From sequence record NC_049851.1: DNA of 64,000 bases; one strand, 5' to 3'. Position 1 is the stretch's first letter; every line of letters begins with the position of its first letter. Below, in pieces: positions 37,356 through 47,772 of the stretch. Both the position numbers and the translations under genes were made by a program. Below the pieces are notes generated by a model. It was not told the origin of the DNA and made no database searches. It saw only the letters and a program-made list of their open reading frames with translations.

Positions 37356-37685
37356 ATGGCCCGGAGTAAGAGGCTGGCGGAAGCCTACGAGAAGCTGACT
37401 CGCGAAGACGTGTACGACATGATCAACAGGTCGAAGGAAGGCCCGCAAGCCAGCCTCACCAACGCTGAGGTCCAGAGTTTTCTGGAACAGGTTCGCGACC
37501 TCGCGTCCAAGCAGTTCGGGATCACGCTCGTCACCGACTACAACGGCCAGTACGGTGATGCAGGTGCCACGTACATGACGCTGCGCACCAACGACGCTGA
37601 AGCCACGTTCAAACTGATGAACGTCACGGACAACAGGGCCGAACAGAACCTGCGCGATATCGAGAACTGCTGGCGCGGCAAGTAA
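37356..37685 (+). CDS. Hypothetical protein
   Basis: GGAGG RBS. Confidence 0.65.
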   Translation: MARSKRLAEAYEKLTREDVYDMINRSKEGPQASLTNAEVQSFLEQVRDLASKQFGITLVTDYNGQYGDAGATYMTLRTNDAEATFKLMNVTDNRAEQNLRDIENCWRGK

Positions 37686-37692
37686 AAAGCAG

Positions 37693-37730
37693 TTGACGCG
37701 ACACAAAACGGACCCTATACTGGGTCCGTT
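37693..37730 (+). promoter_or_regulatory. sigma70 promoter with the -10 box as a hairpin loop
   Basis: TTGACG-17-TATACT; AACGGACCC[TATACT]GGGTCCGTT. Confidence 0.85.
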
Positions 37731-37761
37731 GTCATTTCCAGACCCAGAAAAGGAGATTTCG

Positions 37762-38217
37762 ATGGATATTCAGGTTGTCGCTGCCGCAATTTTCGGGTTT
37801 TTGGCAGGTGCACTGCTCATGTTCCTGATTTTCGAGAACGTGCTGCTCAAGAACGCGGTTGCGCAGACCGAAAAGCCGAAGTATGATGGCGGTCAGTACA
37901 CAAACAGCGTGAAACCGAACAAGAATCGGCCCGATCCGGAGTGGCAATTCAGCGAATCGAAGTACATGAAGGCCAATTTTGGCCCAGACATCGATCCTGA
38001 CCTGCATCCGTTCGGTGAACCTGAGCAAAATTCGGGTGAAACGACGACGGTCACGAGTTCCGGGTACACGGTGAACGGAAAACCCGCGACTCCGGAGCAG
38101 GAAAAGGTGATCAAGGAGGCCATGGGGCTGGCGGACACCGCATTCGAGACCGCGAGCACGAGTTTCAGCCAGATGAGCGACGCGTTCAAGGCGCTTAGCA
38201 AGATCAAACCTCAGTAA
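37762..38217 (+). CDS. Single-pass membrane protein
   Basis: AAGGAG RBS; N-terminal TM helix. Confidence 0.7.
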   Translation: MDIQVVAAAIFGFLAGALLMFLIFENVLLKNAVAQTEKPKYDGGQYTNSVKPNKNRPDPEWQFSESKYMKANFGPDIDPDLHPFGEPEQNSGETTTVTSSGYTVNGKPATPEQEKVIKEAMGLADTAFETASTSFSQMSDAFKALSKIKPQ

Positions 38218-38230
38218 AAGGGAGAAAACG

Positions 38231-38746
38231 ATGCTTAACCACAATGACGCCAACGTGGCATGGGCCGAATACATGGCAATCAGGGCCGACGGGAGCCGTG
38301 ATCTGAGCGAGCGCGACGCGTTTGCCGTATTCCTCGACGGTTTTGCGAAGCGCGTGGCCCGTGCCGCCCGTGCCGAGTCCTACACGGACCTCCAGCACAT
38401 GGAATATGTGGCGCTCGCACTCGGGTTCGATGCCGAAGACGTACTGGATGACAACGACGGTGATGGCCCGTACATCCATACGCGCAGCCGCACTCTCGAA
38501 CCCCTCGTTCGCACCGAACACGCGATGCTCGTGGCACTCCAACTGATGCTCAAGGTCGAGCAGTGCGAGATCGCTGGTGCTAGACGCGAAATCAAGGTCA
38601 CGGAAGTGGACGGCCCGACCACGGGAGCCGCAACGTACACGGCAATCGTCGAGCATCCGGCATCGGAGCACGATATGCAGATCGCACTGAATCGTGCAAT
38701 CGTCATGTGCGCCTCGATCATGGGCCAGCGTGAGGACCTGTTCTGA
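38231..38746 (+). CDS. Hypothetical protein
   Basis: GGGAG RBS. Confidence 0.65.
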   Translation: MLNHNDANVAWAEYMAIRADGSRDLSERDAFAVFLDGFAKRVARAARAESYTDLQHMEYVALALGFDAEDVLDDNDGDGPYIHTRSRTLEPLVRTEHAMLVALQLMLKVEQCEIAGARREIKVTEVDGPTTGAATYTAIVEHPASEHDMQIALNRAIVMCASIMGQREDLF

Positions 38747-38902
38747 TGGCCTCGATTACCACGGAAACATTCGGTCTGCTCTGGTTCGTGGCCGGTATCT
38801 GTGCCACGCTGATCATTCAGGGCATTTGGCGTGTTCTGAATCCGCCTGAAGACAAGGTTCAGGACGTGGACAAACGCCGACGCCAACAACGGGAGCACGA
38901 CC

Positions 38903-40345
38903 ATGAGTGAACTCTGGGAAAATCCCTTGTTCTCGCTCGAAGAACGTCTGGAGATCGCGGCCGGTGCCGTGCAATTCCACAAGCGCATCATTGCCCAGTT
39001 GCGTGCGAAGTGTGCGGAGGCCGCTGTGAAACTGGACGAGGTTTCGCGCAACGCCGACTCGTGGCACTGCGACTGCAACGCCATCGACGACGTGGCTGAC
39101 CGGCTGCGCGAACTGGGTGACGCACGATGACGTTGCCCGACTCGTTTTACAGGAAGCAGCACGACTCGATCCAGCGCTCGTTGGCCCGGCTATCCGAAAA
39201 GCTGAAGTTGTTGCGCGACGCGTGCCCGCACCTGAACGTGCAGAAGAAGGCGCGCTCGGACACCGGTAACTGGAGCCGTAGCGACGACCGCTACTGGTAT
39301 GACTGCACGTGCCCCGCGTGTGGCAAGCACTGGACGGAGGACCAATGAACGTGAACGACGCGTTGAAAGAAGTGATGCACGAGATACAGCACATGCCGGT
39401 CGAAGAGTTGCGTGCTCTCCACGAAGCCTCCAAGAACGGCCCGTGGGCCGAGGTGTTCCGTGCACTCTATCGTGATGCTGTCGACATCGAAGCCCCGGAA
39501 GAAAGTGCGGTTCCGAGCATGGCGTGCGTTGGTCGCAAAATCAAGGGTGAAGTTGTTTGGTACACGCGACCGAAACGTGGCTACCTGTATCAAGTGGCCG
39601 ATCCGTGCTTCAAGATCGAGGGCCCGACGTTCGAGGACTGGGCACGTGATCATGGCTACGAACTCAGCACAGATGTTGAAGGTGACTACGAAAGTCAGAG
39701 GACGCGCGCCGCATTCGAAGGTTGGAAAGCGGCTAAAGCTGGAGGCTAAATGACAAAAGATACGCTGAATATGCTCATCATGGACCTGCAAGAAGAAGGT
39801 TCGGAGTTGAGCGAACGCGCAGCCGTCTCCATCCACAAACTCCGACGCGATCTCGGGTTCGCGCGGGGCCGGTTGCGTGCGATCACTGCGCAGAACGAAC
39901 GGCTGGAAGAAAGCGCAAGCCTGCACACGTGGCGAGAGTCCGAAGAACAGCGGGCACAACGTGGAGCAATGATGTGATGGATCGTGAAGAATTAAAGGTA
40001 CTGGCGCTCGAAATGGGTGTCGGTGAAATGGTCACCCGCAAAAAGACTGGTAAGGACTGGTTCTTTGCCTCGGAAATGACGGGCAACGAATTGCTGGCCT
40101 ACGGTGAAGCCGTCCTAGCGCGGGCGGGTAAGCCTCCGCGCCTCGATCTGCATGCGTCGTTCGAGCAGTGGTGGACGCACGGCATGAAGGATGGAGAGGA
40201 ACGTACCGATGTCATGCGACAGATGCGTGTAACTTGGGACAAGTTTGGCACGTACGAACCGTATCGGAAAGACTGCCAAGATTCGTTCACGTCGTTTGCG
40301 GCTTGCTACGCACTTATCTACACAGGAGAATTTGGTTATGCCTGA
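38903..40345 (+). other. Run of five small coupled hypothetical genes (38903-39130, 39127-39348 with CP...CTCPAC, 39345-39749, 39750-39977, 39977-40345)
   Basis: Consecutive ORFs with ATGA/TAAATG overlaps and GGAG(G) RBSs. Confidence 0.6.
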
Positions 40346-40562
40346 AATCATCAGCGCCGGTCAACTGCCGGGAAACAAACGCTACGAAGCCACGTGCTCG
40401 AACTGCCGTACGCGTTTCTCGTTCCTGCAAAAGGAAGCACAGCACGGCTACGACCGCAACGACAGCTACCTGTCGATTAGGTGCCCGCTCGCTGGGTGTG
40501 GACACATGGTGAACGTGTCGACCAGCACCAGCGCGGGTAGCTCTTGGTATGCGGATCGCTAA
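40338..40562 (+). CDS. Small zinc-ribbon protein
   Basis: CSNC...CPLAGC. Confidence 0.65.
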   Translation: MPEIISAGQLPGNKRYEATCSNCRTRFSFLQKEAQHGYDRNDSYLSIRCPLAGCGHMVNVSTSTSAGSSWYADR

Positions 40563-40852
40563 TGGCCATCATCGACACGATGCCTGCGACCCATCTGGAG
40601 TTCGCGAAGGACCCGAACGAGACGCGGCCCGAAGTCCTGTGGGCCGAGATCGAGCGTCTGCACGCTATGGCCTACCACTCGAACGGCACCCTGTGGCAGG
40701 AACTCGCAATCGAGGAAAAGATGAAGCGCATCAAGATGGAGGCCGGTGTCATGGCCAACATCCGGGACTTGCTTTGTTCGGTGACCGGGGTTAAACTGGA
40801 TACCCTTACGATTCAACGTATCCTCAAAACCGCACAGGGAGAGCAAGCATGA
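40562..40852 (+). CDS. Hypothetical protein
   Basis: TAATG overlap. Confidence 0.55.
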   Translation: MAIIDTMPATHLEFAKDPNETRPEVLWAEIERLHAMAYHSNGTLWQELAIEEKMKRIKMEAGVMANIRDLLCSVTGVKLDTLTIQRILKTAQGEQA

Positions 40853-41253
40853 AGACGAAAGAGATTCTGAATCTACTGCTGGAGATCAATCGGGCTGTGG
40901 CACGGGCCCCCGACAAACCTCTGGGCTTGGGCACCGTCGAAACTTTGGGTCGTGCCATCGAGGCGCTGAGCAAGAAGCAGAAGCGTAAGTTCGAGCGGCA
41001 TGTCAACGACTGGTTCACGCGTGAGGTTGCCCGCATGTCGGCTACCAAAGCGCATCGCATCGACGGCTGGGAGACGCTGGAAGAGTACGGTTTCGAGGTG
41101 CATGGTGGGACGGACGATGCCCCCGTCAACGACTACCAAGAACTGCAACACGCAATCGAGCGTGAGACCGGCGTAAAGATTCCGCTGTTCGTGCTCTACC
41201 ACACGACCATCGAGGGCATCATCCAGTACATCATTCACGGAGGCGCACAATGA
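40849..41253 (+). CDS. Protein with C-terminal ACP-like domain lacking the Ppant serine
   Basis: LEEYG-[insert]-NDYQELQHAIERETGVKIP...TTIEGIIQYI aligns to AcpP helices II-IV. Confidence 0.6.
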   Translation: MKTKEILNLLLEINRAVARAPDKPLGLGTVETLGRAIEALSKKQKRKFERHVNDWFTREVARMSATKAHRIDGWETLEEYGFEVHGGTDDAPVNDYQELQHAIERETGVKIPLFVLYHTTIEGIIQYIIHGGAQ

Positions 41254-42231
41254 AGCGAGTTGCAATCGACTATCTGGTTCTGGGCGAGCACGGGCAATCC
41301 TTGTCGGAGTTCGAACGCGTGGTGCTCAAGCACCTGCTGCGTGGCTACGAACTCGTCGGCGGCCCGTGGCACGATCCACAGCGCGGGTGCATGCGACAGG
41401 CCGTGGTGGAGTATCAGGACAGCGAACCCGCAACCCAACACGTACAGGACTGACGAACATGGCAGAATTTTGCGATCTGTGTGCCGAAGACATGGGATTC
41501 CCCCATTCGGATTTCGAGGGCATCGGTGAAGTGACCGACGCTGACGGTAGCCCGTGGTACTACACGGTGCTGTGTGAAGGCTGCGGCCCGATTCAGGTGA
41601 CGGGCGACGGCCGCAACGTGAGCCGCGAGTTCGACCGTCAGGAGGCGCTGCGTAACAGCGCGGGAGCCGGTGATGCCCCGCAAGCACGATAGCGACTGGA
41701 CTGCGATCTACTGGGGCTCGGACCCTGCGCGGCCGGGCCGTCTGTACCCGACAGTCAGAATCGTGCTCGGCTACTGCGATGGTGAAGAGTACGGATTCAG
41801 CCACGGGCTCCCCACCAACGTATTCTTCGACGACGAGGATGCGGCAATTCGGTGGGCACAGCGTGTGGACGCATACATCGAAGAGGCGATGCGCGGCTTC
41901 ATGGAAGAGGCTGCGGATCGTATGTTCAGGAAGGAGAAAGACAGTGATTGACCATATGGCAAACGCGTTCTTCGTGTACACGGCGCTCGCGTTCACGGGA
42001 ATCGGGGCAGCGGTCGGGGTGCTGGCGCACGCCCACCATCGACGCAAGCGCGATCTCCGAACCACCTACGAGTTCAGCCAGTTCTGCGAGTGGGCGGCCA
42101 AGAGGGGCTACGATCTGACGCTCACCTCCCATGTGTGGGATGTGGATAGCGCCGGAGACTCGCGGTACGTGTTCCAGTCGTTCACGACGAAAGCAGCATG
42201 GGATGCGTGGCTCGGGAGCGTCTTTCGATGA
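41250..42231 (+). other. Run of small hypothetical genes (41250-41453, 41459-41692 with CDLC/CEGC, 41670-41951, 41956-42231 membrane)
   Basis: Consecutive coupled ORFs. Confidence 0.55.
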
Positions 42232-42455
42232 AAGCCATCGATTATCTGAAAAGCCTGCACGAAGTGTGCGCTTTCCAATCCACGGAACGCCGTGGCACCG
42301 GCCCAGCCTCCAACTCGGAACTGGGCCGTTGGCTTAAAAGCGGTGCGCTCCACGTGAACGGAAAAGCCTACGGTCCCATGGACAAGATCGAATTCCCGAT
42401 CACGTCAGTCGTCCTGTTCCCAAAATCGAAGCGCAGTCGTTCGACCCTGCTGTAG
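42228..42455 (+). CDS. S4-like RNA-binding domain protein
   Basis: ASNSELGRWLKSGALHVNGK resembles the S4/TyrRS C-terminal motif. Confidence 0.55.
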   Translation: MKAIDYLKSLHEVCAFQSTERRGTGPASNSELGRWLKSGALHVNGKAYGPMDKIEFPITSVVLFPKSKRSRSTLL

Positions 42456-42463
42456 GAGATTCA

Positions 42464-42724
42464 ATGTTTGGCATTCTGAAGAAGATTTTCGGGGACCCCG
42501 AAGACCCGACCGTGTGCGCTATGGCCTACGCGCGTGGCCGAAGCTATGCACTAGGCGAGTTCCTTAAAGTGGACTACAACGATGATGCCGAGCTTGGTCC
42601 CGTGGTAGACCGCCTGCAAGCTGAGTGCTGTGGCAGTTTCAACACAACGGGCAAAGAGCACGCGTTCGACCGTGGCATTCAGGCTGTGCTCGACGAGTAC
42701 TACACCGAGCAGGGTATGCCTTGA
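42464..42724 (+). CDS. Hypothetical protein
   Basis: AGGAG RBS. Confidence 0.6.
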   Translation: MFGILKKIFGDPEDPTVCAMAYARGRSYALGEFLKVDYNDDAELGPVVDRLQAECCGSFNTTGKEHAFDRGIQAVLDEYYTEQGMP

Positions 42725-42749
42725 CAGCGTAGGCAGAACTATTTAAACT
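42721..42749 (+). promoter_or_regulatory. sigma70-type promoter
   Basis: TTGACA-17-TAAACT. Confidence 0.8.
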
Positions 42750-42775
42750 TGCGCCATTCCATTCAAGGAGAGCAA

Positions 42776-43927
42776 ATGTTTCCGACAATCAAACATATCA
42801 ACGATCTGCAACCGTTCGTCGAAGGCATCGAAGAGATCAAGTTCCTGAAGCAGCCGGGTCAACGCACGGTCGTCTGCTACACGTTCATGGACAGCCACAC
42901 GTTCGACACGCCGAAGGCCCGTGAGTGCCGTGGTATCTCGTTCGACATCAACGGCAACGTCGAGAGCCGTCCGCTCCACAAGTTCTTCAACATGGGCGAG
43001 AAGCCGTGGCTCATGGAGGACAACATCCGACGCGCGGGTCGCGCAGGTGCCATCGTCGGCATCTACAACAAGATCGACGGCTCGATGGTGAACACGTCGT
43101 ACTCGATGGCCAGCGGCTTCGCCTACAAGTCGAAGAAGTCGTATTCGAGCGATACCGTTCTCATGTTCGAGAAGCATGTGCCGGTGCGCATCGACGAGTT
43201 CTCGCGCCGTGTCGCGGGCATGGGCTATACCGCGACGTACGAGTTCACGCACCCGGAAGCCCAGATCGTGGTTCCACACGCGGTGCCCGACATCAAGCTG
43301 CTGCATATCCGGGACAACACGACGGGCGAATACGTGATGCTGAACAAACAGCACATGATCTGGGACCTGATCCACGCGCACGCGGTGCCGTATTCGGTGA
43401 ATCTGCTGCCGGAACTCTCGGTCGACGCCGCTATCGATAGTCTCGAATCCATGATCGACAACGAGGGCTTCGTCTTCCAGTTCGCGGACGGTGACATGGT
43501 GAAAGCAAAGTGCCCGTGGTACTCGTCGAACCATCGTGCGATCTCGTACATGCGCGAGCGCGATATCGCGGTGCTCGTGCTGAACGAGCAACTGGACGAT
43601 CTGAAGGGCACGCTCGTGAAGCTGGGTCACGATCTGGGTCCCGTCGAGGAAGTCGAGCACCGGGTCAAGGAACGCATGCTCCAGATCGACCGTGACATCG
43701 ATTTTCTGGCTGGCGTCGGTGCCGCGCTTCGTGCCACAAATCCCGAGGGTTGGAAGAAGGCGTTTGCGGCGTCCCACTCGAAGCTCGAACTGTTCGGTCT
43801 GGCGGTCAAGCGACTGGAAGGCCGCGACGAGCAGGTCGTGACGTGGTACACGCGTTCGAAACTGAAGGACGAATTCGGGCTCCGCTCGCTCCTGAACGCA
43901 AGCCAGCAAGAGGCAATGGAGGGTTAA
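42776..43927 (+). CDS. rnl1: T4 Rnl1-like RNA ligase
   Basis: RECRGI.F, RPLHKFFN.GE, motif I KIDGS, TYEF, LLHIRDN.TGEY, EGFV and VKAK. Confidence 0.9.
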   Translation: MFPTIKHINDLQPFVEGIEEIKFLKQPGQRTVVCYTFMDSHTFDTPKARECRGISFDINGNVESRPLHKFFNMGEKPWLMEDNIRRAGRAGAIVGIYNKIDGSMVNTSYSMASGFAYKSKKSYSSDTVLMFEKHVPVRIDEFSRRVAGMGYTATYEFTHPEAQIVVPHAVPDIKLLHIRDNTTGEYVMLNKQHMIWDLIHAHAVPYSVNLLPELSVDAAIDSLESMIDNEGFVFQFADGDMVKAKCPWYSSNHRAISYMRERDIAVLVLNEQLDDLKGTLVKLGHDLGPVEEVEHRVKERMLQIDRDIDFLAGVGAALRATNPEGWKKAFAASHSKLELFGLAVKRLEGRDEQVVTWYTRSKLKDEFGLRSLLNASQQEAMEG

Positions 43928-44615
43928 ATGATCAGCGCAACAGAACTTCGTGCGCTTTACTGTGATCCTGTGGCCGCTACACTGGGTCGCGTCGAGCGCG
44001 CCCTAGTCCAAAACTTGGATAAGGCACTCGACCGCAACACGGGCGCGACGCCGCCGCGTACCAACGTGTTCGTGGACGCATCGCTTTCCGATGACGAGTT
44101 AGAGCGCGTGCGCGCCGTTATCGTCGCCAACGGCTTCGGGTTTGCAGTGGACCTCAGCTACGGTAACGCGCTGCTGCGAAGGATCATTGTCAGTTGGTCT
44201 GCACGGGCCCGACGCCGGGTCCCGGACCAGCAAACCGTCACGATCTCGGAAACGTTCGTGCACGACCGATCAGGAGCGCGCCAAGCATGAAAGACAAAGA
44301 CGTTGTGTTGTGGATTTGGGCCGTGGTAGCCGCGATCATCGTGTGCTCGGCTCTGGATCACTTAGGGATCACGCTGTGAAGTACTTGATCTACGACTGGT
44401 GTATCGACATAGGTGTCTGGAACAAGCACGACGACATAAACCGTGTGATCGATGCGCTTGCGCGGCAGGGTTACGTGACGGACGACGTGGTGATCACCTC
44501 GATCTGGATCAGCCACTCGCGCAAAGCCGACAGCAACTGGTTGCCGATGGACAACCTGACCGACGAAGAGTTGGCGGCTGTCTTCATCGGCTACTGCGAA
44601 CGACAGGAGTGTTGA
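43928..44615 (+). other. Three small hypothetical genes (43928-44290, 44287-44379, 44376-44615)
   Basis: Coupled ORFs between the ligase and the nucleotidyltransferase. Confidence 0.55.
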
Positions 44616-44617
44616 AA

Positions 44618-45463
44618 ATGTACGAAACGATGGATGCCCGGATCAAGGACGCGCTGGATAATGTGGAACGCACGCAGGGCGTGAAAATCCTGATGGCCGT
44701 GGAGTCGGGCTCGCGCGCATGGGGCTTCGAGAGCCCGGACTCGGATTACGACGTGCGGTTCATCTACGTGCGCTCGTTCAACGAGTACCTGACGGTGCAC
44801 GAGCGCCGTGACGTACTGGATTGCCACACGCAGGGCTTCAAGGACTGCCTGAAGGGCACGCCCATGGATCACCCGGACCTCGATCTCGTGGGCTGGGACG
44901 TGAAGAAGGTGCTGGCTTTGATGCAAAAGTCGAATCCGCAACTTCTGGAATGGATCAACTCGCCTGTCGTGTATCGCGGCAACCACGCGGCCGTGGATGA
45001 CCTGTATGTTCTGGCCCACAAGATGCTGCGTGCGCGGCCCGTGATCCAGCACTACCTGCACATGGCCAAGGGCAACTATCGCGAGTATCTGAGGACGCCG
45101 ATGGTGCGCTACAAGAAGTACCTGTACGTGATCCGTCCGCTGCTGGCTGCGCGGTGGATGCTGGAACGCGTGGACCCGCCTCCCGTGTCGTTCGCGATCC
45201 TGAACTCGGCAACGGGTGACGAGGACCTGCAAGAGCCGCTGAACCGGCTGCTTGAGGTCAAGCGTCGCTCCGGTGAAGCCGACGTGCACCCGGCCGACCC
45301 CAAGCTGAACCGATGGATCGAGGACGCGATGCGTGATGTCGAAGACGGGCTGCAATACGTTCCGGACGGCCCGGGCCATGAACTCGATCTCGACTTCGAA
45401 TTCCGGACCCTCCTATACCAGTGGGCTGACGGCAACCCCGCAGACGCGAGGCCCGTACGATGA
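44618..45463 (+). CDS. RlaP/YcgL-like Pol-beta superfamily nucleotidyltransferase
   Basis: AVESGSRAWGFESPDSDYDVRFIY, GWDVKK.L.L..KSNP.LLEW..SP and KKYLY..RPLLA motifs. Confidence 0.88.
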   Translation: MYETMDARIKDALDNVERTQGVKILMAVESGSRAWGFESPDSDYDVRFIYVRSFNEYLTVHERRDVLDCHTQGFKDCLKGTPMDHPDLDLVGWDVKKVLALMQKSNPQLLEWINSPVVYRGNHAAVDDLYVLAHKMLRARPVIQHYLHMAKGNYREYLRTPMVRYKKYLYVIRPLLAARWMLERVDPPPVSFAILNSATGDEDLQEPLNRLLEVKRRSGEADVHPADPKLNRWIEDAMRDVEDGLQYVPDGPGHELDLDFEFRTLLYQWADGNPADARPVR

Positions 45464-45657
45464 AGCGCGCACGCGGAGAGGTTTATGGCTCGTCGTATTC
45501 AGGCTGTGAGGGATGGAATTCGTGGCTGGTCGACGTGGTTATAGTTGAAGCTGCCGACGACGAAGAGTTGCAGATGCTGAAGACCGAGATCGAGAACGTG
45601 GAACGGGCGCGGGGTGACAGGTACGTGCGACGTAACGTAGTGTGGGGTGTCGCATGA
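45460..45657 (+). CDS. Hypothetical protein
   Basis: ATGA overlap. Confidence 0.55.
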   Translation: MKRARGEVYGSSYSGCEGWNSWLVDVVIVEAADDEELQMLKTEIENVERARGDRYVRRNVVWGVA

Positions 45658-45983
45658 AGGTCAGAAAGATCGCGAAACGCGAGCCCAAGTTCATCACCCG
45701 TTACTGGAATGAGGAAGTGGTTCGAGTGGCCGACGTCATGGACCGTGACCGCGAGCAGGCGCTGCGCACCATGGACCCAAAGATGATAAGCTTCCAGTTT
45801 GGCAACGGCGGTGAGCCCAATCGCAACAACCGCGTGTACCTGCCGGGCTTCGATGACAAGTACCCGATGGACAAGTTCACCATCGAGTTCGAGCCGCAGC
45901 ACCAACCGAGGGTCATCGAGTGGATCAACGTAAGCAGCCTCGGTGATCAGGTTCAACACAATATCGTAGGAGGTGTTAAATGA
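45654..45983 (+). CDS. Hypothetical protein with MKVRKIAKR N-terminus
   Basis: ATGA overlap; shares its N-terminus with 30626-30892. Confidence 0.65.
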   Translation: MKVRKIAKREPKFITRYWNEEVVRVADVMDRDREQALRTMDPKMISFQFGNGGEPNRNNRVYLPGFDDKYPMDKFTIEFEPQHQPRVIEWINVSSLGDQVQHNIVGGVK

Positions 45984-46414
45984 AAGACGCAGCAGTAGAA
46001 GCAATCAAGTTCGCAATCGGCCAAGGACTCGACGGCCTGTCGTTTCTCAACGCGTGGCTCCACGGTGACTTCGACGAGATTCGTCGTGACTGGCCGGAAG
46101 CCCCGGAAGACGTGTACCCGGTGACCGAGAGCGAGCCGCCTGAAACGGCATACCGACTCGCATACCCGATTTCGACTTCCGAGATCGAGGGCTCGCCCAT
46201 CAGCCAAGAGATTACGTTCAACGTGACGTTCGGGCCCGACAACAAGGTGTCGCCGGAAACCCTACTGTTCGAGAAGGAAAAGGCACCAATTCGCCTGACC
46301 GAAGACGGGCGTCCCACGGACGTGAGCATCCGCTTCTCGGCACCGGGCGAGACCCCGGTATTTGACGCGCAGGGTAAGCCGACACAGGTTCATGTGTCGT
46401 TCGAGCAGCAGTAA
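45980..46414 (+). CDS. Hypothetical protein
   Basis: AGGAGG RBS. Confidence 0.65.
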   Translation: MKDAAVEAIKFAIGQGLDGLSFLNAWLHGDFDEIRRDWPEAPEDVYPVTESEPPETAYRLAYPISTSEIEGSPISQEITFNVTFGPDNKVSPETLLFEKEKAPIRLTEDGRPTDVSIRFSAPGETPVFDAQGKPTQVHVSFEQQ

Positions 46415-46417
46415 GTG

Positions 46418-46446
46418 TTGACGTGTGATGCAACTATCGGTATAAT
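46418..46446 (+). promoter_or_regulatory. sigma70-type promoter
   Basis: TTGACG-17-TATAAT. Confidence 0.9.
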
Positions 46447-46488
46447 TCGTTTCATCAGTTAGGCAATCGGCGTAGCGAAAGGAGGTTC

Positions 46489-47747
46489 ATGACGTACAAT
46501 CAGTGGAAAGACAAGCTGTTCGAGATTTACCGTATGTATCGTGATACGGGGCGTGGTGCCGATGCACAACTGGCGATGGCCGCTGAATGCCATCGAGCCC
46601 TCCACTTGGAGAGCGTGACTTACGAGTTAGTGGTGACTCCGCATGACATGACCAGCTTTACCATTGACATGTACATCAAGGACCCCGACGAGCCCGAGTT
46701 CTTGGTCCATGAGCAGTTCTCGGATACGACGATGGGCGAATGGGCGATGCTGAATTCTCTGATGACCGATTTCGATGTACAACACGAAGGAGCAATGTAT
46801 GGCAACTAAGAATCACGCACCCGAATTTCTCGTTATCGTCGACGCGCAGAGCAAGGCAACAGCCGTACTCGAAGTGCAGATCACGTCGAAGCTGGATCGT
46901 AGTCTGGTGAATCGTGCGGCTGGCCTGTATGGCTTCTTTCAGGTAAGCGGTGAAGAGGCCGCTGACATCGTATCGAGCGGCGTGGCGCTCACCAAGTTGC
47001 CGTCCGTCCTGTCACTTCTCAGCTTCGGTGCCTCGAACCTGAAACCGAAGCGGCTGTTCCCGGACACCGGAGCGTTTCCGTTTGGCAAACCCGAGGTCGC
47101 GTATGGCGTCTGACTCACAGATCAAGCTTCCGCGCGAACTGGAGGCCGCGATCCACAAGCGTCTGGTTCCGCTGTTGTACAAGCGCGATCAGGGCCGGGT
47201 GATGGGCGTGATCCGCGAAGAGTTCAGCCGGTTCTACACGCCGGAGGTAGTCGAGGCCCCGAAGCACGAGTTGTTCGACGCCCAGCACGAATACGAGTGC
47301 CTGCTCACGTTCTGCAACCTGAATCGCTACCGGGTCATCGAGCACGGGCCCGAGGGTCAGTGCTACCGGTCGTCCGTCGACGAGGACGGCACGATCAACG
47401 TCGGGTTCTTCACGTGCGACCAACAGCGATTGCTTTCGTTCGCGAGCGCCGTGGGCGTGCGCCAATCGAATCAGAAGGACTGGTCGATTGTCGAGCGGCA
47501 GGCCCGTGGTCGAGTATGGGCCTGCGAAGCACTGAGCGGGCGTGGTCTCGCCGGGAAATTCATGGCACAGGCCGTTGATGCCCAGATCGCGGAACTGAAA
47601 CGGTACGAGAACTGGCATGCGGTACGTGGCATCAAGTTCGCGCGCCTTGACGAGCGCGTCAACGACTACATCATCAAGGTTCTGCTCCGGCTCGTGGAGC
47701 CGAGTCAGGTTCAGTATAGCGAATTTCGCGAATTCGCAGACCCATGA
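46489..47747 (+). other. Three hypothetical genes (46489-46809, 46799-47113, 47103-47747)
   Basis: AAGGAGG/GGAG RBSs, overlapping junctions. Confidence 0.6.
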
Positions 47748-47772
47748 AAAAAGGGCCCATTTGGGCCCTTTT
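47747..47772. terminator. Bidirectional terminator where the two arms converge
   Basis: AAAAAAGGGCCC-attt-GGGCCCTTTT. Confidence 0.9.
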
